Below the pieces are notes generated by a model. That model did not search any database, had not been told where the DNA came from, and worked only from the letters and a program-made list of their open reading frames with translations. From Gemmatimonadales bacterium (GTDB lineage: Bacteria > Gemmatimonadota > Gemmatimonadetes > Gemmatimonadales > GWC2-71-9), in NCBI GenBank assembly GCA_025935995.1, contig JAICUF010000003.1:67-64066 (forward strand): a stretch of 64,000 nucleotides of DNA, read 5' to 3'. Shown here piece after piece: positions 24,671 through 36,460 of this stretch. A program made the translations under genes and the position numbers. Within the stretch, counting starts at the first letter, position 1. The number at the start of each line of letters is the position of its first letter.

Positions 24671-27208
24671 ATGATCGCGCTCGCCCTGCTCGCGCTGCTC
24701 CAGACTCCGCCGGCGAGCGACACGACGCCGGACGCCGTGATCGAGCTTCGGCTGGGCCGCATCGCGGTCCGCACCGTCGAAGCCTTCCGGTCGGGCGACG
24801 ACGCGCTGATCCCCCTCTCACAGTTCTTCGACATGGCCGCGATCCGGGCGAGCGTATCCCGGGCCGGCCGGCTCGAAGGCATGATGCAGCCCGGCAACAT
24901 TCCGCTCGTCATCTCGATCGAAGGCGATGTCGCGACCCTCGGACGCCGTCAGGTGACGGTCACCGCCGATCGCAAGCGGTTCGTGAAGGGCGAGCTCTAC
25001 TTTCCCGCGGCCGCGCTCGGCGAGCTGCTCGATTCGCCGATCTACACGAACTGGGCGGATCTCGAGGTCGTGATGCGCGATCCCGGCCCGCTGCCGGTGG
25101 CCGGCCAGCTTCGGCGGCGGGCGGCGCGCGCGCGCCTCGGGCAGGCCGCGGAGGTCCTGGACGGAGGGATCCGCCTCGCGCCCGACCGGAGCCGGCTGGA
25201 CGGTCTGGTGGTCGACTACTCGCTGCTCGCGCCCAGTGCCGATCCGATCGGCGGAAGCTCGTATGCGGTGCAGGCGGGCGCCGACCTGCTGGGCGGATCC
25301 CTCGAGCTCGGCGCAAGCAGCCTCGGGCGGGCCGATGCCGGGCGGGTGCGCCTCGACGCCTCGTGGCTCGGCGTCTGGCACGACAACTCGGTGATCCGGC
25401 AGCTTCGGGTTGGTGACGGGCTCACCACGGGGCCGCGCGCGAGGACCCTCCGCGGCATCTCGATCACGAATGCGCCGTTCGTCCGTCCATCGCTGCTCGG
25501 CACCCTTCCGTACGCGGGTCACCTGCCCACCGGCTGGCAGCTCGAGGCGTATCGCGGCGGCCAGCTCATCGCCTACGACTCGACCGACGCGTCAGGCGAA
25601 TTCGCCGTCCATCTCCCCGTCCTCTACGGCGAAAACCCGGTTCAGTTCGTGGCCTACGGGCCGTACGGCGAGACCCGGGTCTTCGGCCGGACCTATCGCG
25701 TGTCCAGCGCCCTCCTGCCCGCCGGCCGGTTCGAGTACGGCCTCTCCGGAGGGGAGTGCCGCTTCAGCGCCTGCGACGCCACGGCGAACCTCGATCTGCG
25801 CTACGGTCTCACACCGCGGTGGACGCTGCAGGCCGGCGCCGACCGGTTCTGGCGCGATTCACTGGGTGATCTGTTCCATCCCTATGGGTCGCTCACAGGG
25901 AGTCTCACGAACGCCGTCACCGCGCAGGTCGAGGGCGTGGCGCACGCCCTGGTCCGCTCGAGTCTCGCGTGGGAGCCGTCGCTCGACACGCGGCTCACCG
26001 CGGAGTACACGCGCTACGATGCCGACGTGGCCGACCCCCTGCTCACGCTGCCCGGGCGGCGGGCGCTCTGGCAGCTCGGCGGCTTCTATCGTCCGATCCG
26101 CGACCGGGACTTCTTCTACTTCGAAGGCGCGGCCGAGCGGGCGGTGACCGTCGGGCTGACCGTCGACCGCGCGCGGCTCGGCATGTCGCTCGAAGCGGGG
26201 CCGGTGCGGCTCGCTCCCTACGGCCGGCTCGAGCGCGAATCGTCTCCGGGCGGCGGCGCCATGTCGCGCGGCTTCGTCGGCGTCGGCACCACGGTGCTGC
26301 CGCGCCAGAGCTGGGGGCGCTTCCTGGGGCAGGTCTTCGTCCGCGGGGCGCTCGAATCCCAGGGGGCGTCGGAGATTACCCTCGCGGCGCTGAGCGTGGC
26401 GCGGCCGGTCACGCCGCGGGTGCGGCTCGAGATGGGCGTGAGCTGGAGCCGCGGCTTCCCCGGCCCGGCCTTCACGCTCACTCTCTCCTCCTACAGCTCC
26501 TCGTTCCGCTCGTACACGACCGCGAGCGCGCAGGCCGGCGCCGCCTCGGAAGTGAGCCAGCTCGTGCAGGGGTCGCTGCTCTACAACCGCTCCCGCGGCG
26601 CGCTGCAGCTCGCACCGGGGCCGTCGCTCCAGCGCGCGGGGATCGCGGGGCGCGTCTTCCTCGACGCCAACGGCAATGGCCGCTTCGACGCGGGCGAGGA
26701 AGGACTGGCGAACGTCCGCGTGCAGGCCGGCGCGAGCAACGCGCTGTCCGATTCGCTGGGACGCTACCGGCTCTGGGACGTGATTCCCTTCGAGCCGGTG
26801 GTCGTGGCCGCCGACTCGCTGAGCTTCGCGTCGCCGCTCTGGGTGCCCGCCTACACGGCCATGACGATCGCGCCGGGGCCCAACCGCTACACGGTCGTCG
26901 ATGTGCCGGTCGTGATGGGGAGCGTGGTGGAGGGGAGCGTGCTGCGGCGCTTCGGGGGCGGGACGCAGGGCGTCGGGGGCGCGACGCTGACCCTGCGGGA
27001 TGACCGGACCGGCCGCGAGCGCAGGGTCACCACGTTCAGCGACGGGAGCTACTACATGCTGGGCGTGCGGCCCGGCGCGTACACGCTCTCGGTGGACAGC
27101 CGCGTGCTCGACCTGCTCCGGATGCGGGCCGAGCCGCGGCGATTCACCATTGCGGCGACGGGCGATGGCCCCGGCGCGATCGACCTGCTGCTCGCGCCGG
27201 GAATCTGA
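24671..27208 (+). CDS. Outer-membrane usher-like protein with C-terminal SdrD-B/carboxypeptidase-regulatory-like domains
   Basis: 845 aa; signal peptide; plug-like LRGISITNAP...GWQLEAYRGG...PVLYGEN; barrel strands; GRVFLDANGNGRFDAGE; TFSDGSYYMLGVRPGAY. Confidence 0.75.
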   Translation: MIALALLALLQTPPASDTTPDAVIELRLGRIAVRTVEAFRSGDDALIPLSQFFDMAAIRASVSRAGRLEGMMQPGNIPLVISIEGDVATLGRRQVTVTADRKRFVKGELYFPAAALGELLDSPIYTNWADLEVVMRDPGPLPVAGQLRRRAARARLGQAAEVLDGGIRLAPDRSRLDGLVVDYSLLAPSADPIGGSSYAVQAGADLLGGSLELGASSLGRADAGRVRLDASWLGVWHDNSVIRQLRVGDGLTTGPRARTLRGISITNAPFVRPSLLGTLPYAGHLPTGWQLEAYRGGQLIAYDSTDASGEFAVHLPVLYGENPVQFVAYGPYGETRVFGRTYRVSSALLPAGRFEYGLSGGECRFSACDATANLDLRYGLTPRWTLQAGADRFWRDSLGDLFHPYGSLTGSLTNAVTAQVEGVAHALVRSSLAWEPSLDTRLTAEYTRYDADVADPLLTLPGRRALWQLGGFYRPIRDRDFFYFEGAAERAVTVGLTVDRARLGMSLEAGPVRLAPYGRLERESSPGGGAMSRGFVGVGTTVLPRQSWGRFLGQVFVRGALESQGASEITLAALSVARPVTPRVRLEMGVSWSRGFPGPAFTLTLSSYSSSFRSYTTASAQAGAASEVSQLVQGSLLYNRSRGALQLAPGPSLQRAGIAGRVFLDANGNGRFDAGEEGLANVRVQAGASNALSDSLGRYRLWDVIPFEPVVVAADSLSFASPLWVPAYTAMTIAPGPNRYTVVDVPVVMGSVVEGSVLRRFGGGTQGVGGATLTLRDDRTGRERRVTTFSDGSYYMLGVRPGAYTLSVDSRVLDLLRMRAEPRRFTIAATGDGPGAIDLLLAPGI

Positions 27209-27214
27209 CCCGCG

Positions 27215-27967
27215 TCAGCTGCCCTTGTGCAGGGCGATGTCGCCGTTCACCGTCTCGAGCGAGAGGGAGCGGCCCCCGCCGCCGATCGTTCCCGACAGGT
27301 GCCGCGGGCCGAAGCGGCCCCGCACCGTGAGGGGGAAATCGGTGGTGATGTCTCCGTTCGTGGTGCTCGCGCTCACGTCGAGCGCGGCGCTGCCGGGGAT
27401 CGAGATGTCCATCCGGCCGTTCACGGTGCTGAAGTGCATCGGACCGCTGCCCCCGATGCGTCCCATGTCGACCCGCACGTTGCCGTTCACCGTCTGCGCT
27501 TCCGCCTCGCCCGTGGTCTCCACTTCGACGCTGCCGTTCACCGTGGACGCATAGGCGTCGGCCGCGAGCCCGGTCGCGGCGATGCTTCCGTTCACCGTCC
27601 GTCCCTCGAACCGCACGCCGGCCGGCACCCGCACCTCGAAGTTCACCACCACGTCGTTGTTGTCGCTCGACTGGCCGCCCTCACCGGCCTCGCAGGTGTT
27701 GGCACGCCGGCGCGAGGGGTAGAGGGCGCAGATCGTGACGCCATCGGCGCCGGTGACGACCCGCAGCTCGACGCTTTCCGGATCGCTCCGGCGCGCGTGC
27801 TTCGATGCCCGGACCTCGACCTGATTGCCGGTGCCGGCGACCGCCCGGATGTCGCCGTTGACGCCCTTGACCTCGATCGTCTTGCCGGTGGCGAGGGTCC
27901 CGCTCCAGCGGAAGTCCTGCGTTCCCTGAAGCGCGGCGGCGACGGCGAGGAGCTGCATGACCAGCAT
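27215..27967 (-). CDS. DUF4097 beta-strand repeat protein
   Basis: Repeated TVNGxI/V units; N-terminal export signal. Confidence 0.85.
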   Translation of the reverse strand: MLVMQLLAVAAALQGTQDFRWSGTLATGKTIEVKGVNGDIRAVAGTGNQVEVRASKHARRSDPESVELRVVTGADGVTICALYPSRRRANTCEAGEGGQSSDNNDVVVNFEVRVPAGVRFEGRTVNGSIAATGLAADAYASTVNGSVEVETTGEAEAQTVNGNVRVDMGRIGGSGPMHFSTVNGRMDISIPGSAALDVSASTTNGDITTDFPLTVRGRFGPRHLSGTIGGGGRSLSLETVNGDIALHKGS

Positions 27968-27969
27968 GA

Positions 27970-28833
27970 CTACCTCCGTGTGCGGCTGGGGGTGGCCCGG
28001 CTCAGCCGGATGGTGCCCTGGAACGACTCGAGCTCGATGCGGGCGCTGCCCGCGCCGAGGGTGAAGCTGAAGCGCTTCCTGATGGAGCCGCGGGTGGTGA
28101 CGGGGAAGTCGGACTCGAAGTCACCGGCGTAGCTGGAGACGCCCACGACGGCGTCCACGCCCTCGGGGACGCCCAGCGTAATGTCGCCGTTGTGCGTGAC
28201 GAATCGGTAGCTTCCCCGCGGCCGGATGGCGCCGTCGTAGGTGATGTCGCCGTTGACGGTGTTGGCGTCCACGTCGTCCGAGTCGATGCCGCCGAGCCGC
28301 ACCTCGCCGTTCACGGCCTCGATCGACAGCTGGCCGCTCGCGCCGTTGACGGTGACGTCGGAGTTGACCGATCCGAGGGTGATCTTCCCGCGCCCGCCGG
28401 TCAGCGTCACCTCGCCGTCGACCGACTGCAGGTTGAGGACACCATTCCCGCCATTAACCACAACGTCCCCTTCGACCGTCTCCGCCGAGATGGCGGCCTC
28501 GGAGCCGGTGACGCGGATCGTGGTGTTGACGCCGTCGAGCGTGAGATCCATCCAGGCCGGTACCATCACCGTGTAGTCGGCCTCGTCGCCCGGATGGCCG
28601 TCATCGTCCAGCCGGATGGCGCCGGCCCGGCGCCGCACGGTGATGCGGCCGTGGTCTTCGTCGTCGTCGCCGCCGCTGATCTGCACCTGGACGGCGTTCC
28701 GGTTCCAGGCACGGACAGTGATGTCGCCGTTCTGCCGGCTCAGCTCGAGCCGCTCGCCGCGCTGGACGGTGAACGTCGTGTCCGGCGGCGGCGCGGTCGT
28801 CAGGGACAGGAGGGTGAGAGAAGCGAGCAGCAC
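27970..28833 (-). CDS. DUF4097 beta-strand repeat protein
   Basis: GTG start at 28833; repeats TVEGDV, SVDGEV, AVNGEV, TVNGDI, THNGDI. Confidence 0.82.
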   Translation of the reverse strand: MLLASLTLLSLTTAPPPDTTFTVQRGERLELSRQNGDITVRAWNRNAVQVQISGGDDDEDHGRITVRRRAGAIRLDDDGHPGDEADYTVMVPAWMDLTLDGVNTTIRVTGSEAAISAETVEGDVVVNGGNGVLNLQSVDGEVTLTGGRGKITLGSVNSDVTVNGASGQLSIEAVNGEVRLGGIDSDDVDANTVNGDITYDGAIRPRGSYRFVTHNGDITLGVPEGVDAVVGVSSYAGDFESDFPVTTRGSIRKRFSFTLGAGSARIELESFQGTIRLSRATPSRTRR

Positions 28834-28846
28834 GGTATCGGTCCTT

Positions 28847-29548
28847 TCAGCTCTCGATGGCGGTGAGCGCGGCGACCTGGCGCAGCAGATCGATCTTCCG
28901 GCGCATGGTCCGCGCGAGATAGGTGTTGAGATAGGCGTTGGCCGGATCCTGCTCGACCGCGCGCCGGGCCTGTGCCACCGCGGTATCGATCGTGGCCAGG
29001 TTCTTCCGCACGATCTGGAGCGTCTTCTCATCGAGCCGCCCACGGCCCGCCTCGACGACGCGCTGCAGGTCCGCCACGGCCGCGTCGTAGCTCTGCTCGG
29101 CGGTGGGGCGCTGGGCGGTGAAGCTCGTCGCGCGGAGCGGCGGCGTCGTCGGGGACGTCCTGGCTGACGGCCTGGGAGCCGTCGCCACCGCGGTCGCCCC
29201 GCGGCCTGCGAGCGACCAGACGGCGGCGCCCGACGCCGTCACCAGGAGCACGGCCGCGGCGGCGAGCTGGGGCAGGGAGAAGCTCCACCGGCGCGGCGTC
29301 CGCTGCCGGCGCGGGGCGAGCGGGCTCATCTCGGAGCCGATCGCCGCCGCGATCGCGGGCCACAGATCGCGGGCCGGCGCGTGGTCCGAGAGGGCATGGG
29401 CCCGGGCCGTCACCGCGCGCAGCTCGTCCAGCGTGGCGCGGCAGGCGGCACAGGTCCGCAGGTGCGCATCCGCCGCCGCCCGCTCGGGCGGGCTCAGCTC
29501 GTTGTCGAGGTACTCGGAGAGGCGGCTGGTCCAGTGTCCAGTGGTCAT
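28847..29548 (-). CDS. zf-HC2 (ZAS) anti-sigma factor
   Basis: LSEYLDNEL...HLRTCAAC (HxxxCxxC), one TM helix, periplasmic helical tail. Confidence 0.9.
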   Translation of the reverse strand: MTTGHWTSRLSEYLDNELSPPERAAADAHLRTCAACRATLDELRAVTARAHALSDHAPARDLWPAIAAAIGSEMSPLAPRRQRTPRRWSFSLPQLAAAAVLLVTASGAAVWSLAGRGATAVATAPRPSARTSPTTPPLRATSFTAQRPTAEQSYDAAVADLQRVVEAGRGRLDEKTLQIVRKNLATIDTAVAQARRAVEQDPANAYLNTYLARTMRRKIDLLRQVAALTAIES

Positions 29549-29553
29549 CGTCG

Positions 29554-30129
29554 TTACCGGTCCATGTGATGGCGGAGCGCCATGCGCGCCCGGTGGAGCT
29601 GTGACTTCGAGGTGCCCGTGGCCAGGCCCAGCATCTGCGCGATCTCCTCGTGGCGGTACCCTTCCACGTCGTGCAGCACGAAGACCTGTCGTGCTCCCTC
29701 CGGCAGCCGGGCGAGCGCCTGCTCGAAGTCCATCACCGCCTCCGGGGATCCCGGCCGTGCCGACACCAGCTCGAGCGGCGCGTCATCGTCATGGAACCGC
29801 CGGCGCCTCGTCCCCAGGTCGGCCCGCCGCGCCAGCACGACGTTCACGGCCAGACGGTGCAGCCAGGTGCCGAACGCCGATTCGCCGCGAAAGGTCCCCA
29901 GCTTCTGCCAGACGCGAACGAACACGTCCTGCGTGACCTCCTCGGCGTCCTCGTCGCCGAGCATGCGGCGGACCAGGCTGTGCACCCGGGCCACGTGCGC
30001 CCGGTAGAGCCGCTCGAAGGCGTGGGCGTCGCCGCTGGCGGCGAGGGCGATCTCGACCGCGTCCGAGGGTATCTGTGGCGAGCCGGGCGAGGGGGTCAGC
30101 GGCGGCGCTCCAGGGATCGGCGTCTGCAT
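29554..30129 (-). CDS. ECF RNA polymerase sigma factor
   Basis: AFERLY, EEVTQDVF, FGTWLHRLAVN, HEEIAQMLGLATGTSKSQLHRAR. Confidence 0.95.
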   Translation of the reverse strand: MQTPIPGAPPLTPSPGSPQIPSDAVEIALAASGDAHAFERLYRAHVARVHSLVRRMLGDEDAEEVTQDVFVRVWQKLGTFRGESAFGTWLHRLAVNVVLARRADLGTRRRRFHDDDAPLELVSARPGSPEAVMDFEQALARLPEGARQVFVLHDVEGYRHEEIAQMLGLATGTSKSQLHRARMALRHHMDR

Positions 30130-30140
30130 GCACGGGATTG

Positions 30141-30167
30141 GATGGAACGATCAACCCGAAGGTTGCA
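30141..30167 (-). promoter_or_regulatory. Candidate autoregulatory ECF promoter
   Basis: Minus strand TGCAACC-N16-CATC just upstream of the ECF start (AAC-type -35). Confidence 0.45.
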
Positions 30168-30219
30168 GGGCGGAAGGGCGGCCGGGATATATTGAGGCAC
30201 CCCAACCCCTCCCCGGCGA

Positions 30220-31883
<1,664 letters not shown>

Positions 31884-31884
<1 letters not shown>

Positions 31885-33107
31885 TGCCGGTCACGCTCCG
31901 CAACATCGGGCTGCTCGCCACCTGCCGGGGCGAAGGCCCGCAGGCGGCGCTGCACGCGATCCCGGCGGCGGCGCTCGTCTGGAGCGGCCCGCTCATCGCG
32001 TGGGCCGGCGCCGAGCGCGATCTGCCCGACGCGTATCGAGCCGTGCCGAGCGAGGATGCCGGAGGGGCCCTGGTGGTGCCGGGCCTCGTGGACTGCCACA
32101 CCCATCTCGCCTTCGGCGGCTGGCGCGCTGGGGAGTTCGCCGAGCGCGTGCTCGGCCGGACCTACGCGGAGATCGCACAGGCGGGCGGCGGGATCGCGTC
32201 GACGATGCGGGAGACGCGGGCCGCCTCGGAGGACGCGCTACTCGAGCGCGCGCGCGGTTTTCTCGACGCAATGGTGCGGCTGGGGGTCACGACCGTCGAG
32301 TGCAAGAGCGGCTACGGCCTGAACGTGGAGCAGGAGCTCAAGCTGCTCCGCGTGTATCGGCGGCTGGCCGGCGAGTCGCCGGTCACCATCGTGCCAACGC
32401 TCCTCGGCGCGCACGTCGTGCCGCCGGAATACCGGGACGACCGGGAGCGCTACGTTTCGCTGCTCATCGAGGAGCTGATCCCCGCGGCGGCGCGCGACGG
32501 GCTCGCACAGGCCTGTGATGTGTTCGTGGAGGGGGGCGCCTTTACGCTCGATGAGGCCCGGCGCATCCTGCTGGCCGGAAAGGCGGCGGGCCTGGCGCCC
32601 CGGCTTCACGCCGACCAGCTGAGCGATGGCGGGGGCGCCGCGCTCGCCGCGGAGGTGGGCGCGCGGTCGGCCGATCATCTGGAGCATGTATCGGCCGACG
32701 GCATCGTCGCGCTCGCGGAGTCGGACGTCGTCGCCGTGAGCCTGCCGCTGGCGTCGCTCTATCTCCGGCAGGCCGCGATGCCGGCGCGGCGCCTGCTCGA
32801 TGCCGGCGTGGCGGTCGCCGTCGCGACTGACTTCAACCCGGGCTCGGCCCCGAGCTATCATCTGCCGCTCGCCATGACGCTCGCCTGCATCCTGCAGGGG
32901 ATGACGCCGGCCGAATCGCTCAAGGGTGCCACGCTCGTGGCGGCGCGCGCGCTGGGCCTCGAGGCCACGCACGGCTCGCTCGAAGCGGGCAGGCGAGCCG
33001 ACTTTGCCGTGATCGACGCGCCGGACGTGGAGCATTGGCTCTACCATTTCCGGCCCAACGCCTGCGTCCGGACCGTCATCGGCGGCACCACCGCGTGGGC
33101 CGCGTGA
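31884..33107 (+). CDS. hutI: Imidazolonepropionase
   Basis: PGLVDCHTH, GGGIASTM, ECKSGYGL, HADQL, ATDFNPGS. Confidence 0.97.
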
Positions 33108-33997
33108 CCGGCGCCGATCCCCGCCTCCGCGATCTGCTCGGCCGCCACGGCGGCGAGCCCGACGTCGTGATCCTCGGCTTTCCCTCCGATGCGGGCATTG
33201 CGCGAAACGGCGGGCGGGTCGGAGCGGCCGGCGGCCCGGCCGCGATCCGCGAGGCGCTCGGCCGCCTCACGCCGGATGCCTGCGATCCGGCACCGTTCAT
33301 CGCCCTGGCGGAGCGCACGCGCGATCTCGGCGACGTCGCCGTGACCGGAGACGTCGAGCGGGACCAGATCCTGCTCGGGGAGACGCTGCGCCCCCATCTC
33401 GAGCTCGGCCGCTTCGCCATCATCCTCGGGGGCGGCCACGAGACCTCGTTCGGGCACTTCCTCGCCTACCAGCGCCCCGTCCGGATCCTCAACTGGGACG
33501 CGCACCCCGACGTGCGCGAGCTGCGCGACGGGCTCGGTCACTCGGGATCGCCGTTCCGCCAGGCACTGGAACACCCGTCGGCCCGATGTGCCGGCTACGT
33601 CGCGGCCGGCCTGCAGCCGCACTCGGCCGCGGCGGATCATGTGGCCTTCGTGACGGGGCACGGGCGCGCCGTGTTCCGGAGCCAGCTCGGCACGGCAGCC
33701 TCGGTGGCCCGGCTCTACGGTCACGCCGATGGGCCGCTGCTGGTGTCGTTCGACCTCGACGCGGTGGACGGGGCCTTCGCGCCCGGCGTGAGCGCGCCCG
33801 CCACGAACGGCCTCCCGGTCGAGCGCTGGCTGCAGGCGGCGTTCCTCGCCGGCGCAACCCGCGCCGTCACGTCGGCCGACATCGTCGAGCTTTCACCGCC
33901 CCACGATCAGCACGGTCAGACGGCCCGTCTCGCGGCGCTCACCGTCTGGGAGATTCTCCGCGGGTTCGCCACCCGGCCGGCGTCGCGTCCTCGCTAG
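33104..33997 (+). CDS. hutG: Formimidoylglutamase (arginase family)
   Basis: RNGGRVGAAGGP, GGGHETSFG, NWDAHPDVR, HSGSPF, FDLDAVD...PGVSAP; follows hutI. Confidence 0.9.
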   Translation: MTGADPRLRDLLGRHGGEPDVVILGFPSDAGIARNGGRVGAAGGPAAIREALGRLTPDACDPAPFIALAERTRDLGDVAVTGDVERDQILLGETLRPHLELGRFAIILGGGHETSFGHFLAYQRPVRILNWDAHPDVRELRDGLGHSGSPFRQALEHPSARCAGYVAAGLQPHSAAADHVAFVTGHGRAVFRSQLGTAASVARLYGHADGPLLVSFDLDAVDGAFAPGVSAPATNGLPVERWLQAAFLAGATRAVTSADIVELSPPHDQHGQTARLAALTVWEILRGFATRPASRPR

Positions 33998-34032
33998 AAC
34001 GCCGCTCCGGCGGCCCAACCAGGAGTGCCCGC

Positions 34033-34395
34033 GTGCGCCGATCGACGAAGCTCATGACGATCCTGACATTCGCGGCTGCGGCCTGCGCGCAGCCGGCGGC
34101 TCGACCCTACGCCGGCAGCTGGCGCCGGAGCGGCGACAGCGCCACCGGCGCCGCGCTGACGATCCGGCCCACGGGTGTCTTCGAGCTGCGTCTGGCGCCG
34201 GACACGGCCGGCGGCGTGCTGAAGGGCCCGGCCACCTTCCGCGGCGACACGGCGATCTTCCGCGGTGCCGCCTGCGAGCGCGGCGAGGCGCGCTACCGCC
34301 TCGCGCTCGAAGACAGCACGCTCGTCATCACGCCGATCGGGACCGACGGGTGCGCGGTGCGCCGGCGGACGCTGGCGGGCCGCTGGACGCGCTGA
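34033..34395 (+). CDS. Hypothetical exported protein/lipoprotein
   Basis: AGGAG at 34021; AAAC lipobox-like; beta-rich with Cys pair; YAGSW and LAGRW motifs. Confidence 0.55.
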   Translation: MRRSTKLMTILTFAAAACAQPAARPYAGSWRRSGDSATGAALTIRPTGVFELRLAPDTAGGVLKGPATFRGDTAIFRGAACERGEARYRLALEDSTLVITPIGTDGCAVRRRTLAGRWTR

Positions 34396-35457
34396 TCAGA
34401 GGGCCGGCCACTGCTGGCTCACGCAGTGGAAGGCGCCCAGTCCCCAGACGAGGTCGGTGCAGTCGATGCCGATGACACGGCGCGTGGGAAAGAGGTCCTG
34501 CAGGGTGCGTCGCGCGATGTCGTCGGTGCGGGGATCGTAGGTCGGCAGCAGGACGACGCCGTTGGCGATGTAGAAGTTGGCATAGCTCGCCGGCAGGCGC
34601 TGGCCCTCGTGCTCGAGTCGGCGGGGCATCGGCAGCGTGACGATGCGGAAGGGTTCGCCGTCCTGGTCGCGCATGCCGCCGAGACGGTCGCGATTCTCCC
34701 GGAGCGGTTCGTAGTTTGCGTCGGAGGGGTCCTCCTCCACCACGGTCACGATCGTGCGCGCGTCGGTGAAGCGCGAGAGGTCATCCACGTGGCCGTCGGT
34801 GTCGTCGCCCTCGATCCCGTCGCCCAGCCAGAGGATGTGGCGGACGCCCAGGTACTCGGTGAGCCGCCGCTCGATGGCGGCGCGGTCGAGCCCGGGATTG
34901 CGGTTCGGGTTGAGGAGGCACGACTCGGTCGTGAGCAGCGTGCCGAGGCCGTTCACGTCGAGCGACCCTCCCTCCATCACGATGCCGGGATGGAAGACCG
35001 GCAGCCCCAGCTCCGCCGCGATGCGCGACGGCACGACGTCGTCGAGATCGAACGGCGGGTACTTGCCGCCCCACGCATTGAATCCCCAGTCCACGATCGC
35101 CTGGTCGCGCCGGCCGTCATGCTGGCGCTGGATGAAGATGGGGCCGTGGTCGCGGCACCATGCGTCGTTGGTGGGGATATGGTGAAAGCGGACGGCGGCG
35201 AGGGGGGCACCGGCGGCGGCGATCGCATCGCGCGCATCCGATTCCATGTCGGGGCCGGCGACGTTGATGTGGACTTCCTCGTGCGGGGCGAGCTCGGCGA
35301 CCATGCGGGCGAAGATCGCCGGGATCGGCGCGAACTTGCCGGGCCACGACGCTTGCTTGTGCGGCCAGCTGAGCCAGGTGCCGCGATGCGGCGCCCATTC
35401 CGCCGGCATCCGGTAGCCGAGCGCGGCGGGCACCGCGCCCTCGTCGGCGGGACGCAT
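34396..35457 (-). CDS. aguA: Agmatine deiminase family protein
   Basis: RMPAEW, DAWCRDHGP, FNAWGGKY, EGGS, DDTDGHVD, ASYANF, GAFHCVSQQ. Confidence 0.93.
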   Translation of the reverse strand: MRPADEGAVPAALGYRMPAEWAPHRGTWLSWPHKQASWPGKFAPIPAIFARMVAELAPHEEVHINVAGPDMESDARDAIAAAGAPLAAVRFHHIPTNDAWCRDHGPIFIQRQHDGRRDQAIVDWGFNAWGGKYPPFDLDDVVPSRIAAELGLPVFHPGIVMEGGSLDVNGLGTLLTTESCLLNPNRNPGLDRAAIERRLTEYLGVRHILWLGDGIEGDDTDGHVDDLSRFTDARTIVTVVEEDPSDANYEPLRENRDRLGGMRDQDGEPFRIVTLPMPRRLEHEGQRLPASYANFYIANGVVLLPTYDPRTDDIARRTLQDLFPTRRVIGIDCTDLVWGLGAFHCVSQQWPAL

Positions 35458-35468
35458 CCGTCGGCGGG

Positions 35469-36356
35469 TCAGTCGAGGTAGCGGCGGGTGAGGTCCTGGT
35501 AGGCGTCGATCCGCCGATCGCGCAGGAAGGGCCAGTGGGTCCGGCTCGCGTCCACCTTGGCCAGGTCGCACTCGGCGATGAGGACCTCCTCGTTCTCGCC
35601 CCCCTTCACCACGAGCCGTCCGCCGGGATCGGCCACGAAGCTCCCGCCCCAGAACTCGATGCCCCCGTCGGCCGGTCCCTCGTGCCCGACGCGGTTCACC
35701 GCGCAGACGTAGACGCCGTTGGCGATGGCATGGCTCCGCTGAATCGTCTCCCACGCCGCCTGCTGCTGCGCGCCGTGCTCGGCCTTTTCCGCGGGGAGCC
35801 AGCCGATGGCGGTCGGGTAGAAGAGGATCTGGGCGCCGCTCATCGCCGTGAGGCGCGCCGCCTCGGGATACCACTGGTCCCAGCAGACCAGCACGCCGAT
35901 GCGTCCGAAGCGCGTGTCCCAGCTTCGGAAGCCCAGGTCGCCCGGCGTGAAGTAGAACTTCTCGTAGTACTGCGGATCGTCGGGGATGTGCATCTTCCGG
36001 TACTTGCCGAGGTAGCGGCCGTCGGCGTCGATCACGGCGGCGGTGTTGTGGTAGAGCCCCTCCGCCCGCTTCTCGAAGAGCGACGCCACGATCACGACGC
36101 CGAGCTCCGCCGCCACCGCGCCGAGCCGCTCGGTGCTCGGTCCCGGGATCGCCTCGGCGAGGCCGAAGTGCGCGTGATCCTCCGTCTGGCAGAAGTACTG
36201 GCTCCGGAAGAGCTCCTGCAGACAGACGATCTGGGCGCCGCGGGCCGCGGCCTCGCGGACGCCCGCGATCGCCTTCTGCATGTTCGACTCGGCGTCGGCG
36301 CCCGTGCGCATCTGCACCAGCCCGAGCGTTACCGTGGCGTTCGACATGGCGGTCAT
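35469..36356 (-). CDS. aguB: N-carbamoylputrescine amidase (carbon-nitrogen hydrolase)
   Basis: CLQELF, YRKMHIPDDP.YYEKFYF, VCWDQWYPE, YPTAIG (Glu-Lys-Cys triad). Confidence 0.92.
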   Translation of the reverse strand: MTAMSNATVTLGLVQMRTGADAESNMQKAIAGVREAAARGAQIVCLQELFRSQYFCQTEDHAHFGLAEAIPGPSTERLGAVAAELGVVIVASLFEKRAEGLYHNTAAVIDADGRYLGKYRKMHIPDDPQYYEKFYFTPGDLGFRSWDTRFGRIGVLVCWDQWYPEAARLTAMSGAQILFYPTAIGWLPAEKAEHGAQQQAAWETIQRSHAIANGVYVCAVNRVGHEGPADGGIEFWGGSFVADPGGRLVVKGGENEEVLIAECDLAKVDASRTHWPFLRDRRIDAYQDLTRRYLD

Positions 36357-36460
36357 AACGGCAAAGGTAACCGGCCGGTTCCCCCATCGCACGACGTCCG
36401 ATTCGGGCGTATCTTGTCCAGCCCATTCCGTCCGCACCGCACCATTCCATTGGAGGCGTC

